Assembly: GCA_001829315.1 (NCBI GenBank)
Contig: MIAY01000001.1
Location: 136,927-200,926 of the forward strand
Direction: 5' to 3'
DNA: 64,000 nucleotides
DNA from: Spirochaetes bacterium GWE1_32_154
GTDB lineage: Bacteria > Spirochaetota > GWE2-31-10
Positions 37,451 to 47,486 of the stretch are shown in pieces. The notes under the pieces were generated by a model. The model had not been told where the DNA came from and made no database searches. It worked only from the letters and a program-made list of their open reading frames with translations. Within the stretch, counting starts at the first letter, position 1. The number at the start of each line of letters is the position of its first letter. Made by a program: the position numbers and the translations under genes.

Positions 37451-38089
37451 ATGGAATGTATTTTATGCCAATCAATTAATAATTTTGAAATTCATTTTGG
37501 AAATAAAAATAAGACTTATTATAAATGTAATAATTGTGATTTATTATTTTTAGATTCCTCGCATTTACCAGCATTTTTTGAAGAAAAATCAAGATATTTA
37601 ACCCATGAGAATAATATAGAAAATAAAGGTTATGTTTCTTTTTTAATGACTGCAATTGAACCGGCACTATCTTTCTTTAAAAAAGGAATGAAAATCCTTG
37701 ATTTCGGTTGTGGTCCCGGACCAACATTAAATCTTATACTAAAAAACAATGGATTTGATTGTGATATTTATGATCCTATTTTTTACCCTGAAATAGATCG
37801 TACAAAAAAATATGATGCAATTTTTGCCACTGAATGTTTTGAGCATTTTTTCAATCCTTTAAAAGAACTAAAGATGATCGATACGTTTTTACAATCAAAT
37901 GGTTTTTTAATAATAATGACTGAATTGTGGAGTGAAACAAAACCTCTTTCTGAATGGTGGTATTCTAAAGATATTACTCACGTAACATTTTATAAAAAAA
38001 GTACCTTTGAATATATAGCAGATACTTTTCACTATACAATTGTATATGAAAATAATAAAAATATTTTGATATTAAAAAAAGACGGTTAA
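37451..38089 (+). CDS. Class I SAM-dependent methyltransferase with N-terminal Zn-ribbon
   Basis: CxxC...CxxC at the N-terminus, then motif I ILDFGCGPGP. Confidence 0.6.
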   Translation: MECILCQSINNFEIHFGNKNKTYYKCNNCDLLFLDSSHLPAFFEEKSRYLTHENNIENKGYVSFLMTAIEPALSFFKKGMKILDFGCGPGPTLNLILKNNGFDCDIYDPIFYPEIDRTKKYDAIFATECFEHFFNPLKELKMIDTFLQSNGFLIIMTELWSETKPLSEWWYSKDITHVTFYKKSTFEYIADTFHYTIVYENNKNILILKKDG

Positions 38090-38107
38090 AAAACCGTCTT
38101 TTTTTAT
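38081..38107. terminator. Bidirectional rho-independent terminator
   Basis: gacggtt-aaaa-aaccgtc followed by T9, with an A-run upstream. Lies between convergent genes. Confidence 0.7.
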
Positions 38108-38830
38108 TTAATCACGTTTTCCAAAAATTCTTAGTAACATAATAAATAAGTTAATAAAATCAAGATACAATTTCAAAGCACCCATAATTGCGATTTTTTT
38201 CGTTCCAACTTCATCAAAATTACCATACAAATATGAATTTTTGATTTTTTGGGTATCATAAGCAGTTAATGCAGTAAATAAAACAACACCAACATAAGAA
38301 ATAATCCAATATAAAGCAGGGCTTTTTAAAAAAATATTTACAACTGATGCTATAATTATTCCAATAATTCCCATAAATAAAATATTTCCCCAATTTGACA
38401 AATCTTTTTTAGTTACCATTCCGTAAAATGACGTAACAGCAAACATACCACTTGTAATAAAAAAAACATTGGCTATACTTGAACGAGTATATACTACAAA
38501 TAAAATAGATAAAGTCAGTCCGTTTAAAGCAGAATACCCCAAATAAGACAAAGTTGCTGCCGAAACACTCATTTGATGAATTCTTGCACTTAAAAAGAAA
38601 ACTAAAGCCAGTTCACCAAAAATCAATCCGTAAAAAAATAATTTGTTTTGTAAAATTGAATGATATAAACCGGAACTTACTGTAAATAAAGCAATAATAC
38701 CTGTAAGAAGTATACCGATCGACATCCAGGCATATACGGAATTCATAAATTTTCTTGCAAGTGATTGCTCTACCTCACTAGTATAAACATTATCTAATTG
38801 CATTTCTTTCTCCTTAAATAAGATGTACAA
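38108..38830 (-). CDS. Bax inhibitor-1/YccA family membrane protein
   Basis: 7-TM protein of 240 aa with a BI-1-like N-terminus (NSVYAWMSIGILLTG). Confidence 0.6.
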   Translation of the reverse strand: MYILFKEKEMQLDNVYTSEVEQSLARKFMNSVYAWMSIGILLTGIIALFTVSSGLYHSILQNKLFFYGLIFGELALVFFLSARIHQMSVSAATLSYLGYSALNGLTLSILFVVYTRSSIANVFFITSGMFAVTSFYGMVTKKDLSNWGNILFMGIIGIIIASVVNIFLKSPALYWIISYVGVVLFTALTAYDTQKIKNSYLYGNFDEVGTKKIAIMGALKLYLDFINLFIMLLRIFGKRD

Positions 38831-38904
38831 AAATAATATAATTAATTATACTATATTTTCATTAATTATTACTTTTTTTCTACAAATTTATAAATGGATA
38901 TAGT

Positions 38905-39741
38905 ATGTTATATAATGCAACTGCAACAATTGATAAACAATATGAAGACGAAATTTCAGAAATTCTTTTTACTTACAATGCTTTGAGTGTATCTTCTGAA
39001 ATACATGGTCAATTTTGTGTAATCTCTGCTCTTTTTGATGATATTGAAAAACCACATACTTTTTTATTAAATAATGGTTTTATAACAAGGGAATTTAAAG
39101 ATAATGATTGGAAATACAAATGGCTTGAAAATTATTCCGGCGGTGAATTAACAGAAAATATTTTTATTATACCTTCCGATAGTATAGAAAAACCACCTAA
39201 AGATTATAAATTTATTATTAAGATAGATCCGCGCGATGCATTTGGAGATGGAAATCATCCTACAACAAAACAATGTGCTATTTTTCTTGAAAATTTACTG
39301 ATTGAAAAAAATCACACTGACAGTAAGTTATTGGATGCCGGAACGGGAACAGGAATTCTTGCAATTATAGCATCACTTTATGGTATAAAAAATATTGATG
39401 CAATAGACATAGAAGAAGAATCAATAAATAGAACTAATATCAATTTAGAATTTAATTCAATAAATTCAGTTAATACATTACAAGCTGATATTGGGAAATT
39501 TATTGTTAAAAAAAAGTATGATATAATTTGTGCTAATTTATTAACCGCCATTATTATAGAAAACATAGATACAATAATGTCATTGGGTACACCTGATTGC
39601 ATATACATAATAAGCGGTATAGGTATTCAATGGAAAGAAGAAATTGAAACACTTTTTAGTTTAAAAAAACTGGAAATTAAAGAATTTTCAGTTCTTAATG
39701 ACTGGTGTTGTTTTAAGCTGGTAAAATCAGATTCTTTTTAA
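38905..39741 (+). CDS. prmA: Ribosomal protein L11 methyltransferase
   Basis: LLDAGTGTGILAI SAM-binding motif and PrmA-like N-domain. 278 aa. Confidence 0.65.
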   Translation: MLYNATATIDKQYEDEISEILFTYNALSVSSEIHGQFCVISALFDDIEKPHTFLLNNGFITREFKDNDWKYKWLENYSGGELTENIFIIPSDSIEKPPKDYKFIIKIDPRDAFGDGNHPTTKQCAIFLENLLIEKNHTDSKLLDAGTGTGILAIIASLYGIKNIDAIDIEEESINRTNINLEFNSINSVNTLQADIGKFIVKKKYDIICANLLTAIIIENIDTIMSLGTPDCIYIISGIGIQWKEEIETLFSLKKLEIKEFSVLNDWCCFKLVKSDSF

Positions 39742-40494
39742 TGCAATAAATGCACCCTGACCTTCAAAATTTACAGGGTCTTTTCTAAAAGAAAAAAAAT
39801 TTGGTTTATCAAAACATTTTGTACATAAGTTACTTAAATCAATATTTTCTTTCTTTACTCCAATGTCAATAAGTTGTTTATATACTGCTAATGAAGGGTC
39901 AAAAAAAAGCTTTTCTTCCTTATATATAAAACATTCATCATACCCTTTAAAATATGATAAGAATTCACTACCAACCTCATAACAGCAATTTTTTATTGCC
40001 GGACCGATTGCTACTAATAAGGAATCTAATGATCCGCCCATTTCAATAATTTTATCAACAGTTTTGTTAACAATTTGTTTATAAGTGGATTTCCATCCTG
40101 AATGAACTGATGCAATTATATTTTTATTGAATTCATAAAATATAACAGGAACACAATCAGCCCAAGTAGTAACAAGTAAAATTCCTTGGTCTTTTGTTAT
40201 GCAACCATCACCTTCGTTCGCATTTGATTTATCATAAAAACCATTATTTTTATTAGATTGATTAACTTCTATTATAATATCAGTATGAATTTGCAATGGT
40301 GAAAAATAAGAATAAGTAGTTAAATCTAATTTTTTTAATAAATTTACTCTATTTTGATATGTAGAAAAACCTGAAAGTATACTATCTCTTGTATGGGATA
40401 AATTTCCCGTAATTGGCAATGTAAAACCACAGGATATTTTTTCTCTAAAATTTACTTCCCATTGAGGGGTTAAAAAAAAATCATTATTTATCAT
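39727..40494 (-). CDS. pgeF: Purine nucleoside phosphorylase / peptidoglycan editing factor PgeF (YfiH, DUF152)
   Basis: HSGWKS and C-terminal CTKC motifs typical of YfiH/laccase-domain proteins. Confidence 0.7.
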   Translation of the reverse strand: MINNDFFLTPQWEVNFREKISCGFTLPITGNLSHTRDSILSGFSTYQNRVNLLKKLDLTTYSYFSPLQIHTDIIIEVNQSNKNNGFYDKSNANEGDGCITKDQGILLVTTWADCVPVIFYEFNKNIIASVHSGWKSTYKQIVNKTVDKIIEMGGSLDSLLVAIGPAIKNCCYEVGSEFLSYFKGYDECFIYKEEKLFFDPSLAVYKQLIDIGVKKENIDLSNLCTKCFDKPNFFSFRKDPVNFEGQGAFIALKRI

Positions 40495-40807
40495 GTTTTA
40501 TTTATATAATTTTTTTAAAAATTATAATATAATATTTCAATCGTTATTTACTTTTTTACAAAAAAAAATACTCAATATTTTATGTTTTTATTTTGAATTC
40601 AGTTAATAAATTGTCAATAACTTATACATAAAGGTATATCAATCTGTTAACAACTTGTAATTAACAGATCAATAACCAATGTAACTTATTACTATATAAT
40701 AAGTTATCTTATTTAAATTAAAAATTTAAATAAGAATTGACAAAAAAAAAGATTGCTTTTTTTAATGAAATTTGTTAATAAACTGTCAATAACTGTGGGG
40801 ATACATA
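40495..40807. other. oriC: Chromosomal replication origin (oriC), dnaA-upstream part. AT-rich with repeated 19-20 bp elements containing TGTCAATAA (RC TTATTGACA, a DnaA-box-like 9-mer).
   Basis: Position immediately upstream of dnaA. Near-identical repeats gttaataaaYtgtcaataac at 40602-40620 and 40773-40791. Related gatcaataacc at 40667-40677. TGTGGGGATA lies just before the dnaA start. A-tracts and an AT-rich DUE-like segment at 40495-40600. Confidence 0.6.
40737..40766 (+). promoter_or_regulatory. Putative dnaA promoter (TTGACA-17/18-TTTAAT)
   Basis: Consensus -35 at 40737-40742. -10-like TTTAAT at 40761-40766. Confidence 0.35.
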
Positions 40808-42244
40808 ATGAATAATAGCTATGGGGTTTATTGGGAAGGTCTGGAAGAAGAATTAAAAAAGATATTAACTGATAAAGAAATATTTATGTGGATTAATCGT
40901 TTATCTTTTAAAAATTTTGATACTCATAAAAATATTCTTTTATTATCAGCACCTTCAAACTTCATAAAAGATAATGTTACAAAAAATTATCTTTCTAAAA
41001 TGAATTCTATTCTATGTAATATTTCCGGACTTGATACTTGCTCAATTGAATTAATAGTAGAAAAAAATGAAACTGTAATAAATCAACCTATTTTAACAGA
41101 TAATAAAACAACTGAAAAAAAAATATATAGCGAACCAATAATTGAAAATAAAATAAAAACTGAAACTAATTCTGAAAAAAAAGAATTATCTATAAAAAAC
41201 CCTACTGATAAAGTTGAAATAGATGATAATTACTCATTTGAATCATTTATTATTGGTTCTTCAAACGAATTTGCTGCTCATGCAGCAAGAACTGTTGCGG
41301 AAAATCCTGGAACTTCATATAATCCCTATTTTATTTGGGGTGAAAGTGGTTTAGGTAAAACTCATTTATTAAAATCTATAATGAAATTTGTAAAAGAAAA
41401 CATGCCTGATAAGAAAGTAAAGTATGTTACCTCTGAAGAATTTACAAATGATTTTGTTTTATCAATAAGAAATAACAATCCGGAAATTTTCCGGGCTAAA
41501 TATAGACCTTTAGATGTATTATTAATTGATGATGTTCAATTCTTCGCAAATAAAGAAGGTGTCCAAGGAGAGTTTTTTAATACATTTGAGACATTATTTG
41601 AAAATAGAAAACAAATGGTTTTTTCATGTGATCAACCAATATCTAAAGTAAAAAAAATGGAAGATCGAATAAAAGGCAGATTTGCAATGGGATTAACTGT
41701 TGATTTACGTCCACCTGACTATGAGTTAAAAATGGCCATACTAAATAATATGGCTGATAACTATGGTTTAAATTTTGAAAAAGATGCTATGGATTATATA
41801 TGTACAAATATTCATGGTAATATTAGAGAATTAAAGGGTTCTTTCAAAGATTTACATGCATATTCCAGTATTATGAATATTAAAACAATAACAATAAAAA
41901 TAGCACTGGATAGATTAAAAGAAAAAATTACAAACAATATGTTTAGTACACAAGTATCTGTTGATAAAATAATACAAATTGTCGGTGAATATTACGATAT
42001 TACAACAATTGATTTAATAGGTTCAAAAAGAACAAAATCAATTGCACATGCAAGACAAATGGCAATGTATTTAAGTCGAAAAAATACAAGATTGTCAACA
42101 ACTCAAATTGGTGCATATTTTGGTAATAAAGAACATGGAACTGTTATGCATGCTACAAAAAAAATTGAAGATTTGATAAATAAAGATGATAAAATAAAAG
42201 GAGAAATAATTAATCTTTCAAATAGAATTAAAGCATCTGAATAA
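40808..42244 (+). CDS. dnaA: Chromosomal replication initiator protein DnaA
   Basis: AAA+ Walker A GESGLGKTHLL and a C-terminal DNA-binding domain (AHARQMAMYLSRKNTRLSTTQIGAYFG). 478 aa. Confidence 0.95.
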   Translation: MNNSYGVYWEGLEEELKKILTDKEIFMWINRLSFKNFDTHKNILLLSAPSNFIKDNVTKNYLSKMNSILCNISGLDTCSIELIVEKNETVINQPILTDNKTTEKKIYSEPIIENKIKTETNSEKKELSIKNPTDKVEIDDNYSFESFIIGSSNEFAAHAARTVAENPGTSYNPYFIWGESGLGKTHLLKSIMKFVKENMPDKKVKYVTSEEFTNDFVLSIRNNNPEIFRAKYRPLDVLLIDDVQFFANKEGVQGEFFNTFETLFENRKQMVFSCDQPISKVKKMEDRIKGRFAMGLTVDLRPPDYELKMAILNNMADNYGLNFEKDAMDYICTNIHGNIRELKGSFKDLHAYSSIMNIKTITIKIALDRLKEKITNNMFSTQVSVDKIIQIVGEYYDITTIDLIGSKRTKSIAHARQMAMYLSRKNTRLSTTQIGAYFGNKEHGTVMHATKKIEDLINKDDKIKGEIINLSNRIKASE

Positions 42245-42335
42245 CTAACTAATAACCTGTTAATTATTTATTATTCAAAAAACCACCTGTTAATAGTGTC
42301 AATAAGTCAAAGTTTTATTAACAGGTTATTGATTG
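42245..42335. other. Second DnaA-box-like cluster (oriC downstream part) with flanking 14-bp inverted repeats
   Basis: Third copy of the motif, gttaatag-tgtcaataag, at 42289-42307. aataacctgttaat (42251-42264) and its exact reverse complement attaacaggttatt (42317-42330) bracket it. Confidence 0.45.
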
Positions 42336-42460
42336 ATTTAAATTGTTATTATATAATGAATTAAATATGATATTAACATATTTACATGTACTACTAAATT
42401 TACTACTAATTAATATATAAAAAATTAATATTAATAGATATGTCAAAAAGGGGAATAACT

Positions 42461-43567
42461 ATGAAATTTACATGCAATATAGAAAATTTCACTAAGCTTT
42501 TAGGAATAGCTGAAGGTGTAGTAACACAAAAAAATACTATTTCAATATTATCAAATATTTTAATTGAAGCTAAAAATTCTAAAATTAAAATAACAGCATG
42601 TGAACCTTCTTTAACATTCTTTGGAGAAATAGGAGCTGATATAGAAGAAGAGGGTTCAATAAGTGTATTTTCAAATAAATTATATTCAATTTCTAAAAAA
42701 TTACCATCTGAAGAAATAGTAATAGAAACTGATGAAAATAACAATGTTATTATTAAACCTGTTGGAAAAAATAAAATTGTCTATTCATTAAAAGGAATAG
42801 ATTCAAGTAAATTTCCATCAATAAAAAGTTTAGAAAATATAGATTTTGTTTCTATAAATCAGGAATCCTTTGTTGATATGATAAACAAAACAAAATTTTC
42901 AGTTTCTCAAAATGAAAGTAGAAGATTTGCAAATGGAATATTATTCGAAAATACAGAATCATTATTAAGAATGGTTTCAACAGATGGTAAAAGATTATCT
43001 AAAATAGATTGTAATATTGTTTTTAATTCAAAAATTTTTAATAGTATTATCGTACCAACTAAAATATTAACTGAAATTTCAAAAATTTGTCATAATACAG
43101 GTGATGTTAAAATTGCTATTCAGGAAAAAAGTATAATAATAAATGTAGATAATTATTTTTTTATATCAAGTTTACTGGAAGCAAATTTTCCTCCTTATGA
43201 TTCAGTTATACCAAAAGATCAAATAAATTCATTCAAAGTTAATAAAAAAATATTAAAAGATTCAATAGAAAGAATTTCTTTAATGGGTGATAAAGATACA
43301 AATAAAATTATATTGTTTTTATCAAATAATAGTATGAAAATATATACAGAAAATATGTCTATTGGAACAGGTGAAGAATATATTGATATTGAATATTCAA
43401 ATGAGGATATAAAAATAGCTTTAAATTATAATTATATAATTGATGTTTTATCAGTTTTAAAAAGTGAAACAATAATTTTTAAATTTAAAAGTTCGCAAAG
43501 TACAATAACTATAGTTGAAGATAATAATAATGATTATATTTATATTATGATGCCTATGTCTTTGTAA
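42461..43567 (+). CDS. dnaN: DNA polymerase III beta subunit (sliding clamp)
   Basis: MKFTCNIENFTKLLGIAEGVV is a DnaN N-terminus. AAGGGG RBS 7 nt upstream of the ATG at 42461; the ORF track began earlier at 42440. Three-domain length (369 aa). Confidence 0.9.
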   Translation: MKFTCNIENFTKLLGIAEGVVTQKNTISILSNILIEAKNSKIKITACEPSLTFFGEIGADIEEEGSISVFSNKLYSISKKLPSEEIVIETDENNNVIIKPVGKNKIVYSLKGIDSSKFPSIKSLENIDFVSINQESFVDMINKTKFSVSQNESRRFANGILFENTESLLRMVSTDGKRLSKIDCNIVFNSKIFNSIIVPTKILTEISKICHNTGDVKIAIQEKSIIINVDNYFFISSLLEANFPPYDSVIPKDQINSFKVNKKILKDSIERISLMGDKDTNKIILFLSNNSMKIYTENMSIGTGEEYIDIEYSNEDIKIALNYNYIIDVLSVLKSETIIFKFKSSQSTITIVEDNNNDYIYIMMPMSL

Positions 43568-43577
43568 GCTGGTAGAT

Positions 43578-44663
43578 ATGTTTATTACAAATTTTTCTTG
43601 TTCAAATTTTAGAAATTATGAGTTTGCTGATATAAATTTTAAAAAAAATGAAAATATAAACATTATTGTAGCTCCTAATGGAATGGGTAAATCAAATTTA
43701 TTAGAAGCATTTTATTATTTATCATATGTAAGACCTTTTAGACAAGTAAACGATAAAGATTTAATAATGAAAAAAAAGGATTTTTTTTTATTACATTGTA
43801 ATTATGAAAAAAATAATATTAAAGGTTCAATAGAAATAAATTATAAAAATGAAAAAAAAGAAATATTAATTGATAAAAAAAAAGCATTAAAACATTCAGA
43901 AATATTAGGACAATTATTATCAGTATTATTTTCGAATGATGATATTTTTATAATTTCAGGAGCTCAATCAATAAGAAGACGATTTTTTAATATGTTTTTT
44001 TCTGTTATAGATCCTTTGTATTTATTGTATTTGCGAAAATATGATCATCTTATTAAACAAAAAAATAATATTTTAAGAAATAATAATAATGATTTATTGT
44101 ATATTTTTGATGAGCAAATAGCGGAAACAATAAATTATATACAAAATAAGAGAAATGAATTAATATTAATAATAAATGATATGTTTATTAAATCATTTGA
44201 AGAAATTGGTTTTTTTAATGAAAAAGTAAAATTAAAATATTCTCCGTCAATTAAGTTAAATGATATTTCAAAAGAAAATATTTATGAAAAACTTGTAAGT
44301 CAAAAAAAAATTGATATTGAAAAAAGATTTTCAACAATAGGTTCACATAAAGATGATTATTTATTTTATATAAATAATATTGATTTTATAAAATATGGTT
44401 CATTTGGTCAATTAAGATTAGCTTCATTGTTAATGAAAAATGTTCAAGCACAATTTTATAAAAAATATTTTAATACTGAACCTGTTTTTTTATTAGATGA
44501 TGTTATTTTAGAATTAGATAAAGAAAGACAAAGTAAATTTATTAATTATCTTGGTAATTATAATCAATTGTTTATTACAGTAACCGATAAAAAGTATTCT
44601 GATATATTTAATAATAAAAAAGCATTAAATATAATTGAGGTTGATAATGGAAAAATTTTATAA
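43578..44663 (+). CDS. recF: DNA replication and repair protein RecF
   Basis: Walker A APNGMGKSNLLEA and an SMC-like signature region near the C-terminus. 361 aa. Confidence 0.85.
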   Translation: MFITNFSCSNFRNYEFADINFKKNENINIIVAPNGMGKSNLLEAFYYLSYVRPFRQVNDKDLIMKKKDFFLLHCNYEKNNIKGSIEINYKNEKKEILIDKKKALKHSEILGQLLSVLFSNDDIFIISGAQSIRRRFFNMFFSVIDPLYLLYLRKYDHLIKQKNNILRNNNNDLLYIFDEQIAETINYIQNKRNELILIINDMFIKSFEEIGFFNEKVKLKYSPSIKLNDISKENIYEKLVSQKKIDIEKRFSTIGSHKDDYLFYINNIDFIKYGSFGQLRLASLLMKNVQAQFYKKYFNTEPVFLLDDVILELDKERQSKFINYLGNYNQLFITVTDKKYSDIFNNKKALNIIEVDNGKIL

Positions 44664-44988
44664 TAAAAATTATTTTAATATTAAATCAATTAAAGATATA
44701 ATTAATAATTTAACAACAAATTCATATTTTAGTTATGAATATAAATTAAATGTATTAAAAAATAATTGGGAAAAAATTGTAGGTGAAAAATTATATAAGC
44801 AAACTGAACCAGTTAAATTATATAAAACAACTTTATATGTAAATTGTGTACATCAAGGACTTATTAATACTTTACTTTTTTACAAAGATATTATATTAAG
44901 TAAAATACAGGAAAATTTTAAAGAAAGAATTGTTATTGAAGAAATTATATTTAAATTTGGTCAGATTACTGATCGAGATAAATTATAA
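44647..44988 (+). CDS. DUF721 (RemB/YaaB-like) protein downstream of recF
   Basis: A small protein following recF is the conserved position of DUF721. Start chosen at MEKFYNK. Assignment rests mostly on synteny and size. Confidence 0.4.
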   Translation: MEKFYNKNYFNIKSIKDIINNLTTNSYFSYEYKLNVLKNNWEKIVGEKLYKQTEPVKLYKTTLYVNCVHQGLINTLLFYKDIILSKIQENFKERIVIEEIIFKFGQITDRDKL

Positions 44989-45026
44989 AATAAATTTATA
45001 CAAATAGATGATTAGGGAGAAACTTA

Positions 45027-45161
45027 ATGAAAAGAACTTACCAACCTTCAAGAGTAAAAAGAGCCAGAACACATGGTTTTTTAACAAGAATGTCAACAAA
45101 AGGTGGAAGACTCGTTTTAAAAAGAAGAAGAGCTAAAGGTAGAAAGAAGCTCAGCGTATAA
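45027..45161 (+). CDS. rpmH: 50S ribosomal protein L34
   Basis: Translation [44 protein letters not shown] (44 aa). AGGGAGA RBS. Absent from the ORF track because it is under 60 aa. Confidence 0.95.
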   Translation: MKRTYQPSRVKRARTHGFLTRMSTKGGRLVLKRRRAKGRKKLSV

Positions 45162-45165
45162 AAAA

Positions 45166-45513
45166 TTGAGTTTTACTTTTGAAAAATTTGAAAGGATTAG
45201 AACGAAGAAAGATTTTGATACTGTTTTTCAAAAAGGTTTTTTTTTCAAAAAATCTTTTTGTTTTACAGTTGTATATATGTTAAATAATTTAGATTATTCA
45301 AGAATAGGTATTATTGTTAAAAAAAAACATGGTTGCTCTGTAAAGAGAAATTATGAAAGAAGAGTTTTAAAAGAATTATTTAGAACAAATAAGCCTAAGT
45401 TAAAAAATAATTATGATTTAATATTTATAATAAAAAATCTTTCTTCTTATAATCAAAAAAAATATGATTTTGAATTTGTTATTAATAAAATACAGGATAC
45501 TTCAAATTATTAA
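45166..45513 (+). CDS. rnpA: Ribonuclease P protein component
   Basis: Immediately downstream of rpmH. Basic protein with an RnpA-like RNR region ([12 protein letters not shown]...[15 protein letters not shown]). Apparent TTG start. Confidence 0.75.
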   Translation: MSFTFEKFERIRTKKDFDTVFQKGFFFKKSFCFTVVYMLNNLDYSRIGIIVKKKHGCSVKRNYERRVLKELFRTNKPKLKNNYDLIFIIKNLSSYNQKKYDFEFVINKIQDTSNY

Positions 45514-45718
45514 TAAAATATTTATAGTACTAATAAATTTTTATCAAAGAATCATTTCTAAATTTTTACCAAATAGTTGTAGATTTTATCCCAGCTGTTC
45601 GGAATATTCTAAACAAGCATTTATAAAATATAATTTATTTAAAGCTTTATTTTTAACGATTTATAGAATTTTAAGATGTAATCCCTGGAATAAAGGGGGA
45701 TACGATCCATTAAAATAA
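45464..45718 (+). CDS. yidD: Membrane protein insertion efficiency factor YidD
   Basis: [10 protein letters not shown] motif and canonical position between rnpA and yidC. Exact start uncertain (it overlaps rnpA). Confidence 0.75.
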   Translation: MILNLLLIKYRILQIINKIFIVLINFYQRIISKFLPNSCRFYPSCSEYSKQAFIKYNLFKALFLTIYRILRCNPWNKGGYDPLK

Positions 45719-45730
45719 CAGGGGGATTGA

Positions 45731-47464
45731 GTGGATAGTGCAAATAGAACTTTTATAACAATGATTATTTTAACAGCTGTTTTTTTTGTTTTTACAACAA
45801 TGCAGTTATTTTTTAAAAAAGAGCAGGTTATTATAAATGAGCCTGCAGGTTATGCGAAGACAAATGATATTGAAAAAGGTAATGGATTAATTTCAATAGT
45901 AGATTCAAATGAATATTTTGAAGTAGTAAATTCTGATTTAGATTCAGAAAAAACTATTATATATGAAAATAATAAAATTAAAATTCAGTTTAATAGAAAA
46001 TCCGGTACAATTGAAAATGCCTGGATAAAAAATGGTTCAAATAAAGAATATAATATAGTTGATGGTGCTTCCGATAATTCAGCTCTACATATTAAATTAG
46101 GTTCATGGTTGACCGGAAGAACAATAGATGATTTAACAAATGGAAAAGAAATTTATAATTTCAGTATAATTGATAATGTATATATTTTTAAAATATTATT
46201 AAAAGATAATAAAAATAATATTGATTATGTTATAGAAAAAAAATATAAATTTATTGAAAATGAAAATATATTTAATTTAACGTTAAATATATCGAATAAT
46301 AAAAATATTCCTTTTAAATTTGATCAATCAAATAAAGCATTTTCGATTGGCTGGGGACCTTCTGTAGGTGTTAAATCATTACCAAATAGCAAAAGAAGCG
46401 ATCGTTATGATATTTATGGGTATTTATCATCAGATAAATTAATTAATATTAATGAAAAAAATAAAATATTTAAAGAAAATAAAAGTTTATATGCTGAACT
46501 ACCTAAAATGATAAAAGATACATGGTTAGTAGCTAACAGTCATTATAATGCTGCAGTTATTTTACCTGTTGATAATTCAGAATACTCATATTTTTTTGAT
46601 TATAGACAAATTAAAAATGATATATCATATTGTGGTTTTTCTAAAAAAACGAATAATTCGGTAATAGAAAGTAATTTTACAATTTATATTGGTCCTAAAT
46701 TATCAAGTGTTTTGAAAAAATACGATAATTTTAGTCAAAATGGTATTTATTTAGAAAATGCAAGTTTTACAAAGTTGGATCCTAAAATTATTTTTGGATT
46801 AGGAAATATTATTGGTTTTATTTTAAATTATATTAATAAATTTGTTAACAATTATGGTTTATCAATTATTATATTAACAATAATTATAAAATTATTACTT
46901 TCACCCTTAACTCATCATAGTATGGTATCACAACAAAAAATGCAAACAGTTCAGCCTAAGATGAAAGAACTTCAAGCAAAGTATAAAGATAAACCTGATT
47001 TACTTAATAAAAAAACAATGGAATTATACCAAAAAGAAGGCATAAATCCAATGTCAGGTTGTTTACCATTAATTTTACAAATGCCAATATTATTTGCTAT
47101 GTATCAATTATTAGATAGAATGGTAGAGTTAAAAGGTGCTTCATTTTTATGGATAAAAGATCTTGCAATGCCTGATAGTATATTTAGTTTTGGTTTTACA
47201 ATACCTTTAATTAATTCAAGTACTTTTAATATATTACCTATTATAATGGTTTTAACTCAAATAGCAACAAGTATGCTAACACCGGATGTTCAAAACAATA
47301 AGCAAGCTAAAATGATGATGTGGATGATGCCAATTATGTTTTTCTTTTTCTTTTATAATGTAGCATCAGCATTAGTTTTGTATTGGACTGTAATGAATAT
47401 TTTAGGTATTGCTCAACAGGCTTTTATAAAATATAAAGGTAAACATGCAATAGTGAAGAAATAA
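45731..47464 (+). CDS. yidC: Membrane protein insertase YidC
   Basis: Large periplasmic domain, then a conserved C-terminal 5-TM core (PLILQMPILFAMYQ, LYWTVMNILGIAQQ). GTG start with a GGGGGA RBS. Confidence 0.9.
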   Translation: MDSANRTFITMIILTAVFFVFTTMQLFFKKEQVIINEPAGYAKTNDIEKGNGLISIVDSNEYFEVVNSDLDSEKTIIYENNKIKIQFNRKSGTIENAWIKNGSNKEYNIVDGASDNSALHIKLGSWLTGRTIDDLTNGKEIYNFSIIDNVYIFKILLKDNKNNIDYVIEKKYKFIENENIFNLTLNISNNKNIPFKFDQSNKAFSIGWGPSVGVKSLPNSKRSDRYDIYGYLSSDKLININEKNKIFKENKSLYAELPKMIKDTWLVANSHYNAAVILPVDNSEYSYFFDYRQIKNDISYCGFSKKTNNSVIESNFTIYIGPKLSSVLKKYDNFSQNGIYLENASFTKLDPKIIFGLGNIIGFILNYINKFVNNYGLSIIILTIIIKLLLSPLTHHSMVSQQKMQTVQPKMKELQAKYKDKPDLLNKKTMELYQKEGINPMSGCLPLILQMPILFAMYQLLDRMVELKGASFLWIKDLAMPDSIFSFGFTIPLINSSTFNILPIIMVLTQIATSMLTPDVQNNKQAKMMMWMMPIMFFFFFYNVASALVLYWTVMNILGIAQQAFIKYKGKHAIVKK

Positions 47465-47486
47465 TTATTTCTCTTAAGGAGTTTAT

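Noticed and set aside
39378-39608. 76-aa minus-strand ORF inside prmA
   Set aside because: It is antisense to a recognisable PrmA methyltransferase gene.
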